From Dendrobates tinctorius (lineage: Eukaryota): DNA of 64,000 nt. The notes under the pieces are model-generated. The model saw only the letters and a list, made by a program, of their open reading frames with translations, made no database searches and had not been told where the DNA came from. The stretch spans positions 4,278,001 to 4,342,000 of the forward strand of contig NW_027361891.1 of assembly GCF_039654945.1 (NCBI RefSeq). Direction: 5' to 3'. A program made the translations under genes and the position numbers. This document shows, in pieces, positions 59,464 to 64,000 of this stretch (its first letter is position 1; the number at the start of each line of letters is the position of its first letter).

Positions 59464-60907
59464 CTGTAGGAAGAGAAATAACATTATACACATACTTACA
59501 AGAATTTCCCTCATGACCGCATATTGTCAATGTCAGTGGTCTTCAAAGATTGGTAACCAATAGCAGAAAGACATGAAATATCTATAACACTGTAGGACTG
59601 ATGGTCACACAAGTTTGGCAGCTCTACATCACCTAGTAATTAAGTGTTCCCACTAAAACGAACACTCCAGGAAGGACACTATTTTATGCCTAATGCAGGT
59701 CATTGTTCATCAAAGTAACCAAAGAGAAAGTTCTCGGTGTCATGTACCACTCCCTCAGACTACCTGCTAGGAATAGCACATCAGTTTTGTCCAAAACGCT
59801 CCCTTAAACTTGTAATATTTTCCCACTCAATCTGACATTAAAGTGAAGAGAAACCTCTCCATGCTGCTCCATAAAATTGTCAAGGCAGCTGTCCAATGAC
59901 CAGCAAATATTGTATATGTCTCTCACGGAGCCCCCCTCCCAGTACATAGACTGGCTTCTGTGTCCTCTCCTCAAGGAGATTCCTTCGTACATAAAAGATT
60001 CGAAAGATTTTATGACAGTTCCAAAACAATTTGATTGGCAAGATAATTTCCGGATGGCATCCATAGATGTGGAAAATTTATACACCAGAATTCCACATAA
60101 GGGAGGAGTAGACACAATCAGACAAGTGCTGTTGAGTTCTGATAGAGATCTGAGAACTATTAATTTCATCACAGATGGTCTTGATTTCATTCTTACGCAT
60201 AACGCGTTCCAATTTGATAATGTCTGGTACAGGCAAACAGAGGGTACAGCGATGGGTACTCCGGTCGCATGTACCCTCGCTAACCTGTTTGGCAGTTTTG
60301 GAGGAGAAGGTAGTTTATGCGGTCACCAATCCCTTTTTGAAACATATAAAATTATTCATTCGTATGTGGACGATATTTTCATTGTATGGGACGAGTCAAA
60401 AGAGGATTTCAATTTATTTGTGGAGTTTCTTAATTCACATAATAATATGAATATGAAGTTTACTTCACAATTTGGAGGTTTGGAAATAGATTTTTTGGAT
60501 GTCAAATTAAAGTTAGCTAATGGAGTTTTATATACAGAAATTTTTTGCAAATCTTCATCCACAAACTCCCTCTTACACATTACAATAGTGCACACCCCCA
60601 TTACGTAAAGAATTCTTTGCCTTATGGTCAATTTTTGAGACTAAAGAAATTTAATAGTTATAATGAAGGTTTTCAGAGACAAGCGAATGAATGAATGAAT
60701 GAAGCAGATTCAAAAAAAGAGGATATCCTGATTCTGTTCTAGATTCTGCCTTACAGAGAGTTAATATCGAACCAGTTATTACTGCTGGAAAGTGACAGAG
60801 ACCTTATAGATGTGGTCAGTAGGGGTCCCCTATTTGCGAGTAAAAGAAGTACTAACCTTCGGGATTTATTAGTCAAGAACAGATTTCAAAATAAATGAAA
60901 TAATTGG

Positions 60908-61366
60908 TTGGAATCCAGTGCCCCAAAGGGAAATTACATATGTAAAAACTGTTCTTGGTGTCCTTTCAATTTAAGTGGTAAAACTGTAAAGATGGGACCT
61001 ATATTTCATGAAGTCACGGAATTCATTACTTGTAAGACCACCTTTGTAGTGTATGCATTGCTTTGCCCATGTGGTTTTTTCTACATTGGGAAAACGATTC
61101 GGCCCCTCTGCGTAAGATTCAGGGAACATTTCAATTCTATCAGCACAGGAAAGGGTGTCCCTAGACTAATAGAACACATGAGGAAAGTACATGGAGGGAA
61201 TGCGGAAGCATTACGGTTTACTGGCATCGAAAGGGTCTCTACAGCGCAGTATGGAGGGAATCATAAAAAACATCTTTTACAAATAGAGGCTAAATGGATC
61301 CTCCGTACAAACCCAACGCACCTGTGGCGTCTAAATGAAAAAGTGGATATGTCCGTATTTCTCTGA
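60908..61366 (+). pseudogene. Penelope GIY-YIG endonuclease domain
   Basis: VVY...YIG motif, conserved R..EH, E..WI and LNE. Confidence 0.85.
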
Positions 61367-61533
61367 AGCGGCTATGATTGCTGGTTTTATTGCATATGGT
61401 GTATGTAAATTATGCTTGTTTTTAATTTAATTTTTTATTTTAGGGTTTTTTTTAAGACACGTTCAGGTAAAGGGTGGAGTTTTTTTGTTCACACATGTGA
61501 TATAAATTAAGTGTTTCCTTGAGCCTGAGCATA

Positions 61534-61574
61534 GGACCTGTTGCAGTGCATTGTGCACGAAACGGCTGTCGTCC
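61534..61574 (+). ncRNA. Degenerate hammerhead ribozyme in the Penelope pseudo-LTR
   Basis: Stem I ggac/gtcc, stem II gtgca-ttg-tgcac, GAAAC-ggct-GTC; the core reads CTGTTGCA instead of CTGANGA. Confidence 0.65.
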
Positions 61575-61722
61575 GTCTTTTTACATCTCTCACGTGCCAC
61601 TGCCTATGCTTTGTCAATATGAAATAAAGTAAATCATTTCAAGAGAACGGTGAGTGCCATCCTGCTGTCTTTTTCCACTATTGTATATGGATCAGACTCT
61701 AATTAACGTCTCTATTCATACT

Positions 61723-61777
61723 ATAAAACCAACGGAACCACCGAGAAAATGTCCAAAATTACTTTATTAATAATAAG

Positions 61778-61848
<71 letters not shown>

Positions 61849-62709
61849 GATAAATCACATGTGTATAAGAGGGGGGGTGTCAATGCCATTTATAAGGCAC
61901 TACCGGGGACCAAAGTATATAATGACATACAAATATATACACAAAAATAATAATAATTTATATAATTATAAATATCAATATATAAAGTGACCGTGCAAAA
62001 AATATGAAACAAAATTTAATAAAGTGCAGAATATAGCGCAGCAAAACAGCAATGTGTGTATAAAAAGTAAACAGTGCAACATAACCACAACTGGTGGCGC
62101 TAGTGCATGAAATAGCAGTAAATTGCTGTAAACAAGTTGCACAAACAACAGAAAGTGAAAGTGAATAATCAATGCTGCGTATAATACCTATATGCTGCAA
62201 AGATCCCCGGGATGTGCCAGCCCCGGCGCACGTTTCGGCGTAGCTTCGTAGCCCTGAAGCGCGTCGGGGCTGGCACATCCCGGGGACCTTTGCAGCATAT
62301 AGCTATTATACGCAGCATTATTCACTTTCACTTTCTGTTGTTTGTGCATCTTGTTTACAGCAATTTACTGCTATTTCATGCACTAGCGCCACCAGTTGTG
62401 GTTATGTTGCACTGTTTACTTCTTTTTATACACACATTGCTGTTTTGCTGCACTATATTCTGCACTTTATTAAATTTTGTTTCATATTTTTTGCACGGTC
62501 ACTATATATTGATATTTATAATTATATCAATTATTATTATTTTTGTGTATATATTTGTATGTCATTATATACTTTGGTCCCCGGTAGTGCCTTATCCATG
62601 GCATTGACACCCCCCCTCTTATACACGTGATTTATCTATTTTTATATATATATGCTTATTATTAATAAAGTAATTTTGGACATTTTCTCGGTGGTTCCGT
62701 TGGCTTTAT
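61723..62709. repeat. ~1-kb inverted repeat, probably derived from a Penelope pseudo-LTR; (TA)n at 61781-61842 in the left arm
   Basis: Arms of about 450 bp with high identity and a centre at about 62230-62258 that contains a hammerhead remnant. Confidence 0.9.
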
Positions 62710-62816
62710 CTTATTGTACCGTGTGTTCTTGTTTATATTCCATGTGTGTTGAATTGTCATCATATCATTGCACTTTCTCCTGGAGTATATTTTAATTTTA
62801 GTCTCTATTCATACTA

Positions 62817-63011
<195 letters not shown>

Positions 63012-63136
63012 CTAGAAAAGATATTTCTATTACCAAGTAAAATATATAGATATTTTGGTTGCAGGCTATTAAAATACAACATCGCCGTCTTAGAAGTGAC
63101 ACTGGAGATATGAGAATCACTTCTGGTCAGAAGTTT

Positions 63137-63519
63137 TAAAAGGGGTTGTCCACTACTAAGACAATCACTTCTCAATCCCTATGTTCCCCCATGTAAAATA
63201 ACTATACACACCTCCGGTGCCAGCACCATTCCTGTGGCGTCAGCAATGGCTTTTGTAGGGATCGTGTCACATTGTTATATCACATGATCCCTGCAGCCAA
63301 TCAGCAGCTTTCAATTCCTCTGGATGCATGTGATTTGTCCAAAGGCAAGGAAAGTAAAGCCAGTGCTGATTGGCGGCAGGGATATTGCGATATTGTTCGG
63401 AGAGAAGAGTGTGCTGGAACGCTGATGGCATTGGAGTATATATGTTCTTATTAATATGCAAGGGGGTGGGAGAGACATAGGGATGGAGAAAAGGGTTATC
63501 CTAAAGGCAACTCCTTTAA
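63137..63519. mobile_element. TTAA-flanked MITE (T2-like)
   Basis: ttaa-aaggggttgtcc ... ggcaactcct-ttaa. Confidence 0.6.
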
Positions 63520-63569
63520 GTCTTAAAAATCCATCTGAAACGCTGACATGTTTAAAGAGATAATATGGT

Positions 63570-64000
63570 TTAACCCCTTACAGCCCAAGCCAGTTTTCAT
63601 CGTACGGACAAAGCCCCACTTTTCAAATCTAACTAGTGTCACGTTATGTGGTAATAACTCTGTAATTCATACACTTATTCCAGATATTCTGAGACTGTTT
63701 TTCATGATTCTTTGTGAGCGGTTAATTTTTTGGTTGACATTGCTATAAAACGAAAATGATATCTGAAATTTTGAACAAAGTTTAAAGAAAAAAAGCTGTT
63801 TTTTATGCCATTGAACCAGATAGTCATGACACACAAAATAGTTAACAACATTTACTATATGTCTACTTCAACATTTTTGAAACATTTTTGTGTTCGGTTA
63901 GAAGGCTTAAACATTTAGCAATAATTTTCATGCTTTTAATGAAATTTACAAATTCAACATTTTATTATTATTTATAAGGATTACTTCACTTTTGATGTAA
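63570..64000. mobile_element. Left end of a non-autonomous piggyBac-like element
   Basis: ttaa-ccccttacagcc start; interior resembles the reverse complement of about 26300-26700. Confidence 0.6.

Larger units (their letters stand above)
59900..61690 (+). mobile_element. Penelope-like retroelement, 5'-truncated and decayed
   Basis: RT remnants (SIDVENLYTRIPH, GTAMG, YVDDIF, FLDV) and GIY-YIG endonuclease (CKNC..C, ITC..TFVVY.LLCPCG.FYIGKT.R...RFREH), then a pseudo-LTR with TATA, a hammerhead, aataaa and ggtgagt. Confidence 0.9.

Noticed and set aside
61958-62630. Divergent pair of hydrophobic membrane-protein-like ORFs
   Set aside because: Mirror readings of the AT-rich palindrome arms; frames are not conserved between arms.

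Overview
Vertebrate genomic DNA; the repeat families suggest an anuran frog, which is an inference. The host gene is TBK1 on the minus strand. Seven coding exons equivalent to human exons 6-12 lie at 62851-63011, 59353-59463, 56510-56689, 28120-28310, 21952-22010, 21778-21869 and 14172-14273. All have GT-AG borders and splice into one open frame; the gene continues beyond both window edges. Almost all other sequence is intronic transposable element: four near-full-length DIRS1-like tyrosine-recombinase retrotransposons (three families) plus an older DIRS-derived element, a young 5'-truncated CR1, an L1-like tail, a Penelope element, hammerhead-ribozyme-like motifs, a 5.07-kb Harbinger with a 7-exon MADF/Myb gene and a broken transposase, two Tc1 elements, piggyBac fossils, probable solo LTRs and many MITEs. 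Main observations: (1) 23.4 kb of the 28.2-kb intron 8 sits inside one hAT MITE inflated by nested insertions; (2) all three DIRS families end ORF1 with TGA-C and continue pol in the +1 frame, and one family has no usable start codon for pol, suggesting +1 recoding or splicing; (3) a ~1-kb palindrome folds back at a hammerhead core; (4) TBK1 has a 2-aa in-frame deletion in its ubiquitin-like domain. Coordinates were counted by hand and may be off by a few bases. No database searches were run.
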